From a virus: a DNA stretch of 64,000 bases. The notes beneath the pieces were generated by a model that saw only the letters and a list, made by a program, of their open reading frames with translations, was not told where the DNA came from and did not search any database. Positions 48,014 through 56,958 of the stretch are shown here, one piece after another. The position numbers and the translations under genes were made by a program. Position 1 is the stretch's first letter, and the number at the start of each line of letters is the position of its first letter. The stretch spans positions 13,173 to 77,172 of IMG/VR virus record IMGVR_UViG_3300033143_003083; one strand, given 5' to 3'.

Positions 48014-48102
48014 ACCATAGTGATATGCCTATAATCTTGGTCATTGACTCATATATGAGTCATAACACGGCGTTATGCACCGTATATGAGTCAGTTCTTA
48101 AA

Positions 48103-48381
48103 CTATGCTTCTGGGTTGTGTGAGTATATCCCAAGTTCTTCTGCAAGATCCAGTAACTCAGTAACATCAGCATTAACTTTATCAGCATTGTTCTTGTATG
48201 CCAGTTTAGATAACTTCTTAAAAGTTACAGGCATCATTTCAAGTTGTGCTTTTACGTTTTCGCAAATGGTTTTTTGAAGGTCGTGTTCTGCTTGCACACG
48301 GTAATGGGAGTTAACCATTTCCTGTACGTTTTCTTTTAACTTTTGTGTTTTCTCCGTTGGAGACATTGTTTCGCTTGACAT
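48103..48381 (-). CDS. Probable dsDNA-binding protein (T4 DsbA-like)
   Basis: R..AE.DL.K.I...K..L...FKKL.KL.YK pattern. Confidence 0.55.
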   Translation of the reverse strand: MSSETMSPTEKTQKLKENVQEMVNSHYRVQAEHDLQKTICENVKAQLEMMPVTFKKLSKLAYKNNADKVNADVTELLDLAEELGIYSHNPEA

Positions 48382-48405
48382 GGTACTATTTCCTTTTTGT
48401 TGTTG

Positions 48406-48768
48406 TTATTTTGTTAACATTTTAGATGCATACATGTTGTTGATTGAATTCGTCATTCCTGCCCAATGCCATTCATCATTAACATACTGATCATATTCAC
48501 CAGAATTCAATTCAATTTCAGTTTCAGTAGCAAGTTCAAGCATACCGATAATTCTGTCATAATCTTTGATGTTGTGTTGTGGCACTGACATATCAAGATT
48601 GGTAATGTACTTTTCACCACATGATGCTTTACGTAATGCATCTTCAAGTTTTTCACGCACTTCTGCATGATAACCAAGGATTGCTTCGTTATAAAGTTCT
48701 TCGTGTTTAGTTTTGTTTTCTTTTAATATTTTGATAAGTTCATTCTTATCCACATTGATACTATGCAT
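48406..48768 (-). CDS. Hypothetical phage protein
   Basis: ORF with RBS. Confidence 0.65.
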   Translation of the reverse strand: MHSINVDKNELIKILKENKTKHEELYNEAILGYHAEVREKLEDALRKASCGEKYITNLDMSVPQHNIKDYDRIIGMLELATETEIELNSGEYDQYVNDEWHWAGMTNSINNMYASKMLTK

Positions 48769-48787
48769 TTCGTTTCCCCTTTGTGTT

Positions 48788-48864
48788 TGGTTGCAGGGGG
48801 TGGATTTGAACCACCGACCTTCGGGTTATGAACCCGACAAGCTACCTGACTGCTCCACCCTGCT
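48788..48864 (-). tRNA. Initiator tRNA-fMet(CAT)
   Basis: CAT anticodon, three G-C pairs in anticodon stem, 1:72 mismatch, encoded CCA. Confidence 0.93.
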
Positions 48865-48869
48865 ATTGT

Positions 48870-49166
48870 TTACCTACGCTTAACACGTTTCAACTTACGT
48901 CTTTGGCGTAACCTTGTTGAACGTTTGAAGTTCCTGCGTCTTGCTGATTTGCCTTTTCTGGCAGCTTTGCGACCTGCACGTTTTCTTCGTATCCGTTCTT
49001 TAGAACCTTGTTTCTTACATCTTGTTCCAGACAATGTGTAACCATGAGGGCATTTCCGCTTACGTACTACCTTACCCTTACGTACTCGCCTGACTCGTCT
49101 TGCTGTAACTTCAACGATAAGGTCAAGTTCTACCTGCTCTGATTCCAATATGTCTGTGAAACTCAT
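48870..49166 (-). CDS. Arg-rich late protein, probable prohead core (gp68-like)
   Basis: MSFTDILESE acidic leader, RVRKGKVVRKRKCP.GY.L.G.RC...RKAARK; TAAATA at 49191-49196. Confidence 0.6.
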   Translation of the reverse strand: MSFTDILESEQVELDLIVEVTARRVRRVRKGKVVRKRKCPHGYTLSGTRCKKQGSKERIRRKRAGRKAARKGKSARRRNFKRSTRLRQRRKLKRVKRR

Positions 49167-49193
49167 GTAATAAATTCTCCGTGTTAGAAGTAT

Positions 49194-49451
49194 TTATCGC
49201 ATTTGTCTTGCTAATGCTTCGAGTTCGATCATCTTGTCATTCAGATAATGTGCTGCGAAGAATTTGAATCCATAATCTTCTATATTCTTGATTAAATGGA
49301 TACCATCAGTCTCCAATTTCTTATCATTGTCAGATTGATGGTTGTGATTGTATCGGTGTTTTCTCAGTATTGAGTATTTAAGTCTGTTGAATTTTACTTC
49401 AATCCAATGGAGTTCAGTTGGATCGTACTTCTTCTTATGCTGAAAAGACAT
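49194..49451 (-). CDS. Hypothetical protein
   Basis: ORF with RBS. Confidence 0.55.
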   Translation of the reverse strand: MSFQHKKKYDPTELHWIEVKFNRLKYSILRKHRYNHNHQSDNDKKLETDGIHLIKNIEDYGFKFFAAHYLNDKMIELEALARQMR

Positions 49452-49483
49452 ATCGACTTTCCCCTTTTTTTATTATTATTATT

Positions 49484-49512
49484 AAAAAACCCCTCCCTCT
49501 ATGGGGAGGGGG
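49484..49512 (-). terminator. Intrinsic terminator after SPFH gene
   Basis: CCCCTCCC...GGGAGGGG then T6. Confidence 0.8.
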
Positions 49513-49541
49513 TACGCCTATACTACTTCGGTGTTACTTTA

Positions 49542-50783
49542 CTACTTTGTACCCATCTTCATATCTAACGACAAATCTTTTGCAGCTTTGATACTTAAAA
49601 GGTCAATCATATCTTGAGCACCATTCTGACCTGATGATCCTTTAGCACCACCCATTTGGATTCGTGATACCCAATCGCCTTTGTAATCAGCTATAGCATC
49701 TGCGTACTTCGCATTAACTTGAACATATGCTGCAAGTTTTTGCTTTAACGCGCCATCAGCTTGGAAGATTAAACGTTTCTTTTCAGCAAGACCCTGACCA
49801 CGTGCAATATCACGTTTCTTGATTTCAAACGCTGCAAGTTTCTTTTCTACTGCTTCAAGTTTAACTTGTTTGGCAACACTAACCTTTTGCTTTGCAGCAA
49901 TGACTGCCACTTCCGCTTTACGTTGAGCAATAACCACTTGTTTAATCTTGACAACTTCTTCTTTGTACTGGGCTTTCTTCACATCAGCCTTACCTTGTTC
50001 TTCTGCGGTAATAGCATCTTGTTTAGCACGTAATGCGTTTGCTTTAGATGTGATAACTGCCATCGTTGCTTCACGCTTCAATGAAATCTGCTTCAATGTT
50101 TTCTTTTCAAATGTCCAGTTAGTAATCTGTGCAGTTGAAATAGCCACACCGTAATCATCAAGTGGGTTCTTAGCATGAAGTGGCATACCCTTAACCACTT
50201 TGATTTTAGGCACATTCTTAGTCACTTTCTTACCAGTAGCAATGTCGATATCAGTTACTTTTTCCAGTACCGTTATGAAACGACCATTAGAAATTTGCGA
50301 CTGAACCCATTCAATATACGTTGAACGTTTTTCTGCATATGCTGCTTCAGAAGTCATAAGACCAGCAGTAAGATTATGAGACTGTTTTACTAAAGGACGA
50401 ATCAGACGATTTGCAAATCCAGCATTAGAACGGAATTCACGATGTAACGCCAGTTGTTGTTTAGGATCTAACGGTAAACGGAAACGATCTTTACCGAATA
50501 CAGTACCAGTACCACCATCTTGATAACGAACTTTAACACCATTATCTGCGATTGTACCTTCTGCTTCACCACCGTCATAATCATATGTGATTACATCGTT
50601 GTACGTGGTAGTTTTGCCAAACCATTTCATATACCAACCCGCATCAAACTTAACACGCATTGTACCATTTGGATATTGGATAACGGTACGATAACCTGCA
50701 TCATTAATACCAAAACCACCCATGATAACAATAACCACACCAATAATTAATGCACCTAATGTACCTGTTGTTTTATTTAACAT
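49542..50783 (-). CDS. SPFH/band-7 membrane protein
   Basis: N-terminal TM, G.R.VIQ..G...GWY.KWFG, AE/AK-rich coiled coil. Confidence 0.75.
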   Translation of the reverse strand: MLNKTTGTLGALIIGVVIVIMGGFGINDAGYRTVIQYPNGTMRVKFDAGWYMKWFGKTTTYNDVITYDYDGGEAEGTIADNGVKVRYQDGGTGTVFGKDRFRLPLDPKQQLALHREFRSNAGFANRLIRPLVKQSHNLTAGLMTSEAAYAEKRSTYIEWVQSQISNGRFITVLEKVTDIDIATGKKVTKNVPKIKVVKGMPLHAKNPLDDYGVAISTAQITNWTFEKKTLKQISLKREATMAVITSKANALRAKQDAITAEEQGKADVKKAQYKEEVVKIKQVVIAQRKAEVAVIAAKQKVSVAKQVKLEAVEKKLAAFEIKKRDIARGQGLAEKKRLIFQADGALKQKLAAYVQVNAKYADAIADYKGDWVSRIQMGGAKGSSGQNGAQDMIDLLSIKAAKDLSLDMKMGTK

Positions 50784-51000
50784 CTTTTACTTTCTCCTGT
50801 TTAGATTTAAGTTCTTTCTTACGTTCTTCTAACGCAAGCCCACGATCAACAATCTGTTCTTCAATATCAAAAACAGCCTCGTCTTCTGCGACCTTACTTA
50901 ATTCATCTTGCTTATCTTTAACACGTTTGGACTTTATCACACCCATCACCAAAAAAGCAAACATTAATATCGTTAATATTGCGGCTATTACCTGTATCAT
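50773..51000 (-). CDS. Small TM + coiled-coil protein upstream of SPFH
   Basis: Hydrophobic N-terminus, charged tail. Confidence 0.65.
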   Translation of the reverse strand: MIQVIAAILTILMFAFLVMGVIKSKRVKDKQDELSKVAEDEAVFDIEEQIVDRGLALEERKKELKSKQEKVKDVK

Positions 51001-51009
51001 AACTTTCTC

Positions 51010-51990
51010 CTATAGTTGTTTATATGCATTGTACCCAACACATGCTTCTTTGTGTTGACGTGCAATGGTATTAGCATATGTTTTGTTTATGCTACGTAGC
51101 TTCAAAACAAAATCATCTAAATCTTCAAGTTCATCATCGTTAAACTGTTTTATACTGTTGCCAATCTTCTGCTTCAATGATGTGTTGATTCGAGTTTTTT
51201 TACATTTACTTGAAAGTGTGTCGATTAGCAGTTCTATGTTAGATTTGTTAACAAACTTCTTACAAAACCTAACATTGTAATTGATACCGGAATTTATCAC
51301 ATCAATAAGATATGGTATCTTTTCTTTAAGTTCAAGCGTCACAGTAAAACTATCATGTAGTTTATTGGGTCTTCGTGCTGGTTTAACAGGTGAGGCAGCA
51401 GTGTACCCAACCCATGTTGTGTAGTTACTAGCACCAGTGAAATTACCATAAAACATGTTATACACATAACCACTGAGATATACACCTTTGATGCTGGTAC
51501 TTCCAATCAATTTTGAATTGAGTATTGGTGTACCACACAATTCAATCATGTTATCAAGGTACTCTCTTTTCGAGATATATTTATGCTCATACATGTAACT
51601 TTGAAGATACACTTTGTATGTGTCATTGAACATATGGTATAACTCGTCATTTATAAATTGCGGCAGAGCGTTTCTGGTAATGACTTCTATCAAGGCATCT
51701 GCGTTAAAGGTGTCTTTACCAATTCTGATAAATCTCTGTAACTGATTTGTGACAAGATATGTATAAAATCTATTGGTACTGAAGGACATCATTATGCGCT
51801 TATAGTATTTTACTATAACTTGCTCTCTGGAATAATTTTCGCCGTACATTAATGCATCAATGAATTCTTTTACTTCCATATTCAGTACTTCCTCAGATTT
51901 AGTTGGGGTAATTTCAACATATGTGTATGCATCGGGGGTACGGTGTTCCTGCATATAGTCGTGCCAAAATTCATAATCATTATTACTCAA
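51010..51990 (-). CDS. Hypothetical protein, ends YKQL
   Basis: Long ORF; probable TTG start. Confidence 0.6.
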   Translation of the reverse strand: MSNNDYEFWHDYMQEHRTPDAYTYVEITPTKSEEVLNMEVKEFIDALMYGENYSREQVIVKYYKRIMMSFSTNRFYTYLVTNQLQRFIRIGKDTFNADALIEVITRNALPQFINDELYHMFNDTYKVYLQSYMYEHKYISKREYLDNMIELCGTPILNSKLIGSTSIKGVYLSGYVYNMFYGNFTGASNYTTWVGYTAASPVKPARRPNKLHDSFTVTLELKEKIPYLIDVINSGINYNVRFCKKFVNKSNIELLIDTLSSKCKKTRINTSLKQKIGNSIKQFNDDELEDLDDFVLKLRSINKTYANTIARQHKEACVGYNAYKQL

Positions 51991-52135
51991 AGTCTTTACC
52001 CTTGTGTTTTGATTTACGTTTGTACTTTGTTTTGTCCGTGAAAGTTGCACACCTATTAAACAAGTGTGCAACTTTAGCAACAAGATTGTTAATAGTGATT
52101 TTCTTCTTGGGTTTCTTCTTTTTCCGCTTGCTCAT
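51983..52135 (-). CDS. Small basic protein
   Basis: NNLVAK...FNR...DKTKYKRKSKHK. Confidence 0.6.
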   Translation of the reverse strand: MSKRKKKKPKKKITINNLVAKVAHLFNRCATFTDKTKYKRKSKHKGKDFE

Positions 52136-52766
52136 AAAATGTACCCCGTACATTCTGCCGTAATTCATCTAATGTAAGGACTGTATCAAACAAGAAATGT
52201 CTGACCACTTCTTCAAGTTTAACATTGTCTTCAATGCCATCTTGAATCTTGACATAAGTGCCATCCTTATACCCCTGATCTTGTCTGATAAAATTCAATT
52301 CAGATTTGGCAGTATATATGGCTGAGACTTCTTCTGCAAGTAATCCCAGAGAATTAAACAAGTCATCAATGGCAACAGGGTTATTGTTGGTTAATACCGC
52401 ACAAGCCTTATTGATAAACACATTACGGTCAATCATACCGTCATTAATCATGTAGTTATTGGTTGTGTTGTACATACCCAGTATCAAATCTTCTGATGGT
52501 TTAGCGGTATTTTGCATAATATAGATTGATAATGCGAAGTGTAAAATGTCGATTGCTTCAACCTTCAAGTTCCAGTAGTCCACTTCTACCTTTTTGTTAG
52601 ACCACCATTTCCAGTGTGATGAATTCAATAGCTCACTCAATTCATCAAACATTGCAGTTTTGAAATCATTTGCATTAAGGGTTTTTCGCCAATTAGTAAC
52701 AGTGTGTTCGTTAAGTTGATCTTGGATGTCCACCATTTCTTTTAATGTAAGGTATCTTTTAGTCAT
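52089..52766 (-). CDS. Dimeric (all-alpha) dUTPase
   Basis: E..EL...WKWW, VEAIDILHF.LS, K..LNF.RQD.GYK.GTY. Confidence 0.88.
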   Translation of the reverse strand: MTKRYLTLKEMVDIQDQLNEHTVTNWRKTLNANDFKTAMFDELSELLNSSHWKWWSNKKVEVDYWNLKVEAIDILHFALSIYIMQNTAKPSEDLILGMYNTTNNYMINDGMIDRNVFINKACAVLTNNNPVAIDDLFNSLGLLAEEVSAIYTAKSELNFIRQDQGYKDGTYVKIQDGIEDNVKLEEVVRHFLFDTVLTLDELRQNVRGTFYEQAEKEETQEENHY

Positions 52767-52767
52767 A

Positions 52768-53007
52768 CTATTCTCCGTATATTTCAAGACGTTCGATTTC
52801 TGCTTCGATGTAATACTTAATCTTCTTGGCATCACGTAGCTTTTCGGAATGTGCAACTTCTCCATAACGATATACTGCTCTGAAGATTTCACCCATTTGT
52901 GCATTCATATTTTTATATGAAATCAGATGCTGAAGTTCAGATACACCTTCGGGTAGTTCATAATACTTTGCGGTACTGCCATCACTCTTAGATTTATTCT
53001 TGTCCAC
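52768..53007 (-). CDS. DUF3310-like small protein
   Basis: YY...GEIFRAVYRYG...RDAKKIKYY. Confidence 0.55.
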   Translation of the reverse strand: MDKNKSKSDGSTAKYYELPEGVSELQHLISYKNMNAQMGEIFRAVYRYGEVAHSEKLRDAKKIKYYIEAEIERLEIYGE

Positions 53008-53269
53008 TTTCTTTATCCTTTTTAATTTTGATAGTCTTGAATGGTTTAGTGAGGTATCGTCTGAATGGTTTGTGTTCCAATGCCACCATCATACCAAAAA
53101 ACGAAAACATACACGCAGTGATATAACCCCCTGCTGACCCTACGATTAGTATAAGTATCGTAACCCAACTTATTCTAACTTCCGAGTTTGTTTCTGTTAT
53201 GGCAATCAATGCTAACAACCCACAACTAAACACAAACCCAGTTACCAACCACAAAAATACGTACATCAT
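52994..53269 (-). CDS. Small membrane protein
   Basis: Two TM segments. Confidence 0.6.
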   Translation of the reverse strand: MMYVFLWLVTGFVFSCGLLALIAITETNSEVRISWVTILILIVGSAGGYITACMFSFFGMMVALEHKPFRRYLTKPFKTIKIKKDKESGQE

Positions 53270-53278
53270 TCTTATCCT

Positions 53279-53503
53279 TTATAATTTATCATTACAATGA
53301 TTTAACTCAACTTCAAGACTTGGAGTTACCACATCACCTTCTGTAATTTCAAGTGATGATTTCATGAAGGTATAATCAAAAACTTCATCATCAACTTTTA
53401 TGTCAATGGCAACAGTACGTTGATCACCTGCTAAATTAGGTGGTTTTTTGGTCATACGTCTGCACCCACCCTTATCCATAACAATGTAAATAGTTTCTTC
53501 CAC
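53279..53503 (-). CDS. Hypothetical protein
   Basis: ORF. Confidence 0.55.
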   Translation of the reverse strand: MEETIYIVMDKGGCRRMTKKPPNLAGDQRTVAIDIKVDDEVFDYTFMKSSLEITEGDVVTPSLEVELNHCNDKL

Positions 53504-54435
53504 TATGATAACTTCCTGTCCCAACGACCATCAGATTTCTTCACAAGAGGAAGTAACTTCGCCTGACCATTGAGAATGATGCCACACCCAATGATAGGCC
53601 GGTCAGTTGTGTTCTTGTTGTACGAGAATGCTAATGCATCATCGTCTATAAGACATCCTACTGCCATACCAAAGTACAATCCTTTAGTGTTAGACCAATG
53701 GTCTACTTTAAATTTAGAATGGTAATGACCTTGTACTGCACTCATACCAGCACGTTGACTCAGTACTAATGCATCAGAAACTTTACCATGATGAAAGTAT
53801 ACGCTCATTCCATCAGACATTTCAAGTGTAAGATCAAAATGCCAACGCCATCCATCACCAACACCTAATAATTTGTTGTAGGATACCAATGCTTCTCTGG
53901 GGATGCCATTACTTTTAGCTTTGCGATAGAACAATGAACCGTGATTACTGTCAACCAGATCCACATTAGGAAATATTTTTTCAACTTCTTTGATGACTTC
54001 TCTGGCGCGTTTCAATTCATAACCGGCACTGTACACATCAGGATCACTATCATGATAACTCATAGCATGGTTATCAAGTTCATCACCGATACATATGATC
54101 CGGTCTGGATTGTATTTTTTCTTGACTGCTTTGAAGTAGGCAAGCATATCCTGATGATGATATGGAATGTGCATATCGGATATTACAAAGATGCTGCTGT
54201 TCTTTTCGTTTCGTTTTTTTGGTACACGATACTCAGGAACGGTTGCTAAGATTTTAGCAGTTTCATCTTTCTTATATGACGTGGATCTGTTTGCAAGTTT
54301 CACACCTGCTTCACGTAACCTTGTAGCTTGTTTTCCAACAGTACGACCATGTATACCTAATTTAGCCGCAACTTTTGCAATCGTAGGATATTTTACAATA
54401 TCATTGTAGATCTTTTCAAATTTAACTTCGTCCAT
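53503..54435 (-). CDS. Calcineurin-like metallophosphoesterase with N-terminal HTH
   Basis: SDMHIP, GDELD, SNH, HHG, GHYH. Confidence 0.85.
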   Translation of the reverse strand: MDEVKFEKIYNDIVKYPTIAKVAAKLGIHGRTVGKQATRLREAGVKLANRSTSYKKDETAKILATVPEYRVPKKRNEKNSSIFVISDMHIPYHHQDMLAYFKAVKKKYNPDRIICIGDELDNHAMSYHDSDPDVYSAGYELKRAREVIKEVEKIFPNVDLVDSNHGSLFYRKAKSNGIPREALVSYNKLLGVGDGWRWHFDLTLEMSDGMSVYFHHGKVSDALVLSQRAGMSAVQGHYHSKFKVDHWSNTKGLYFGMAVGCLIDDDALAFSYNKNTTDRPIIGCGIILNGQAKLLPLVKKSDGRWDRKLS

Positions 54436-54480
54436 AGTAACCCCTTTTATTATTATTATGGTCTAACTTTTTTTATTACA

Positions 54481-54759
54481 TTAGTAGTAATTATAGTCTC
54501 TTGATTGATTAGTCATTACAACCAATGGATTAGGTGTATCTTGTGTCAAATGATATTCACTTTCATAAAATTCATAATCAAGTGATAACAATCTTATAAC
54601 TAAATATTTAGTTTCAGATTTATCTACCATTAACAACTCTGTACTAGACCCATTATCAATTATACCATCACAATAAATCTCTTGTGATACTTTGTCCATC
54701 ACAAACAAATGTGATTTAGGCATAACGTTTTTTATGTAAATGACATTAGGATCTTTCAT
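54481..54759 (-). CDS. Hypothetical protein
   Basis: ORF. Confidence 0.55.
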   Translation of the reverse strand: MKDPNVIYIKNVMPKSHLFVMDKVSQEIYCDGIIDNGSSTELLMVDKSETKYLVIRLLSLDYEFYESEYHLTQDTPNPLVVMTNQSRDYNYY

Positions 54760-54766
54760 TTTATTT

Positions 54767-55204
54767 TTATAGTGCTTCTAAATCAAACTCCAATATGCTC
54801 ATATCTTCTGCTTCAGCCAATTCTAATTCTTGTTGTGACTGATCACCACCACCAACTTTTAAAAACACATCAATGGTGTCTATAAAAACTTGACTTTCAT
54901 CACCGAAGTTTTCACCTTCGTATATGATTTCGTCTACGTTGTATAATTCATATTCGTCTGCTTCTTCTGGTGCAATACCCATTGTATCGTAACCACGATC
55001 ATCAGCAATTTCATATGCAATTTTTGGTATACCTAAATTGGTAAGACCAGAAACAACAGTGATCTTTTCGTAATCACCATTCTCAACGTATTCATCTTCA
55101 ATGTCATCGAATGCTTCTTCAATGATTTCTCGTGCTTCAGCTTCATCGAACTTCTGGCCTGAGTAACCAACAACCCCAATGTACAATATGTCTTCTTCGT
55201 TCAT
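54767..55204 (-). CDS. SLOG-superfamily protein
   Basis: IGVVGYS, VVSG..LGIP.IAY..A...G..T.GI.P, VGGG.QS..E; TAAATA at 55228-55233. Confidence 0.65.
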   Translation of the reverse strand: MNEEDILYIGVVGYSGQKFDEAEAREIIEEAFDDIEDEYVENGDYEKITVVSGLTNLGIPKIAYEIADDRGYDTMGIAPEEADEYELYNVDEIIYEGENFGDESQVFIDTIDVFLKVGGGDQSQQELELAEAEDMSILEFDLEAL

Positions 55205-55244
55205 AAATAGTCTCCTATAACTACGACTATTTATGAACCTTAAT

Positions 55245-56402
55245 TTATATCCCTATGGTTATCTTATCTTTGGATCTGGTGATAGCTGTATACCTGAATT
55301 TACCCCTGTCAACAAAGTATGAAACGTCTTCATCGACAAACATAAGGTTCTGGTATTCTGAACCCTGACTTTTCCATACTGTGACCGCATACCCAAAATC
55401 AAACTTATTAAGAGTCCGTTTCTCACTCTTTTCAAGGTACTCGTTGTACTCAAATATGTACTTTAAATACGCCTCACCATTGCCCCAGACATCATCATGT
55501 ACCAACACAGAATGATAGAAATCATTGTTGTCCTTAATGACATACTTCGTCATTTCTTGTTTGATGTCCTTCACTTTGTATTCGTATGGGTATTGCTTAT
55601 GTACCTTAAACATTTCACCATTGAAGATGCCTTGGTTCTTATCATTTTGTAAATTGATAATACGCTCACCATCCATAGGTAGTTGTCCATGATAGTCATA
55701 CACTGACCGCATACGTTTGTTTAATGTGTTACGTACTTTGTTAGTGCCACACAAAATAATCTCATAATCCTTACCATGTTTCTCTAAGTGAGTTTTAAGT
55801 TGGTTGCGTTTGGTGAATCTGATGTGTTCTGATTCGAAACGTTTAGGGAGAGATCCATATTCAAGTATGTGCTGTGATAACATAATGATTGGATTCCCTT
55901 CAGCCAGACGATGTATTTCTTCAAGTCTGAAATTGCTTTCTTCCATTATGTTAAAGTTAGTTTTGGAAATGGGGGGCAACTGATTTACATCACCAACAAC
56001 AAGTATCTTCTTGCCCAAGTTGTAGACATCTTCAAAAATTTCTTCGTTTACCATTGAACCTTCGTCAATGATAATAAAATCTTCTGTTAATTCTGATGGG
56101 GCAATTGGTTCAAACCCAACCAGATTATCATGGATATCAACTATCGGAGTATACATATAACTATGTATAGTTTGAGCACCGATGATTCCTTTATCTTTAA
56201 GAGTTGATACTGCCTTACCTGTTAACGTTATTACCGCAACAGTGTTGCCATACTCTGATTTGAGCATATTATTTATTTCATTGATGATAGTGGACTTGCC
56301 GCTACCCGCAACACCAGAGAAGATATAAATTTCTTCGTCTGATTCCAGAAAAAAGTGCATAATCTCGTCAAAGACTTCTTGTTGTTTTGATGAAAATTTC
56401 AT
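55245..56402 (-). CDS. SF1B helicase (RecD/Dda-like)
   Basis: GVAGSGKS, TIHS, DEGSM, GD..QLPPI, YAVTV.KSQGSEY, YTAITR. Confidence 0.9.
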   Translation of the reverse strand: MKFSSKQQEVFDEIMHFFLESDEEIYIFSGVAGSGKSTIINEINNMLKSEYGNTVAVITLTGKAVSTLKDKGIIGAQTIHSYMYTPIVDIHDNLVGFEPIAPSELTEDFIIIDEGSMVNEEIFEDVYNLGKKILVVGDVNQLPPISKTNFNIMEESNFRLEEIHRLAEGNPIIMLSQHILEYGSLPKRFESEHIRFTKRNQLKTHLEKHGKDYEIILCGTNKVRNTLNKRMRSVYDYHGQLPMDGERIINLQNDKNQGIFNGEMFKVHKQYPYEYKVKDIKQEMTKYVIKDNNDFYHSVLVHDDVWGNGEAYLKYIFEYNEYLEKSEKRTLNKFDFGYAVTVWKSQGSEYQNLMFVDEDVSYFVDRGKFRYTAITRSKDKITIGI

Positions 56403-56899
56403 AATTTTTTTAGTTCCCGTTTTGCCATAATCAATTCTCTGAGTTCATCTAAAGGTTTGTGCCTGTAAGTGTAAGTAAGATTTATAAAATCTTCAAACAT
56501 ATCCCTGACTTCCCATATAAATTTCCATTCTAATTTATCATGTTCTGTTGAATCAATATAATTATCAACTTTGTACCATCCATCAAAGCGTTCAATGTAC
56601 AGGGGATCATTGTGATCACCATCCATGCTTTTTTTGTAAAAGATGTTTTTACGACAATGACCATTTCGTACTTTGTCTGGGGCATTACGTGGGGTGTATC
56701 TCCCCCAATCACTCTTTTTAACAAAAGCCTTGAACTTCTCAAATGGAAAATCTTTCCATTCTATTTTAGTGATGATTATAGTGTCGGCTGTATCTATAGT
56801 TTTTATTTTTGTTTTTATTATCATGCGCGTCATAAAGTGCTTGATTCTATATTTGTATATAATATATGTTCGGATTATTGTGTGTTTTATAATACCCAT
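56399..56899 (-). CDS. Hypothetical protein, ends LKKL
   Basis: ORF; start uncertain. Confidence 0.55.
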   Translation of the reverse strand: MGIIKHTIIRTYIIYKYRIKHFMTRMIIKTKIKTIDTADTIIITKIEWKDFPFEKFKAFVKKSDWGRYTPRNAPDKVRNGHCRKNIFYKKSMDGDHNDPLYIERFDGWYKVDNYIDSTEHDKLEWKFIWEVRDMFEDFINLTYTYRHKPLDELRELIMAKRELKKL

Positions 56900-56903
56900 A
56901 ATG

Positions 56904-56935
56904 AAAAATGCCAGTGAATATTACACTGGCATTTT
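56904..56935. terminator. Intrinsic terminator, possibly bidirectional
   Basis: AAAAATGCCAGTG-loop-CACTGGCATTTT. Confidence 0.75.
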
Positions 56936-56958
56936 ATAGAGTTCAACTGTTGTCAAGT

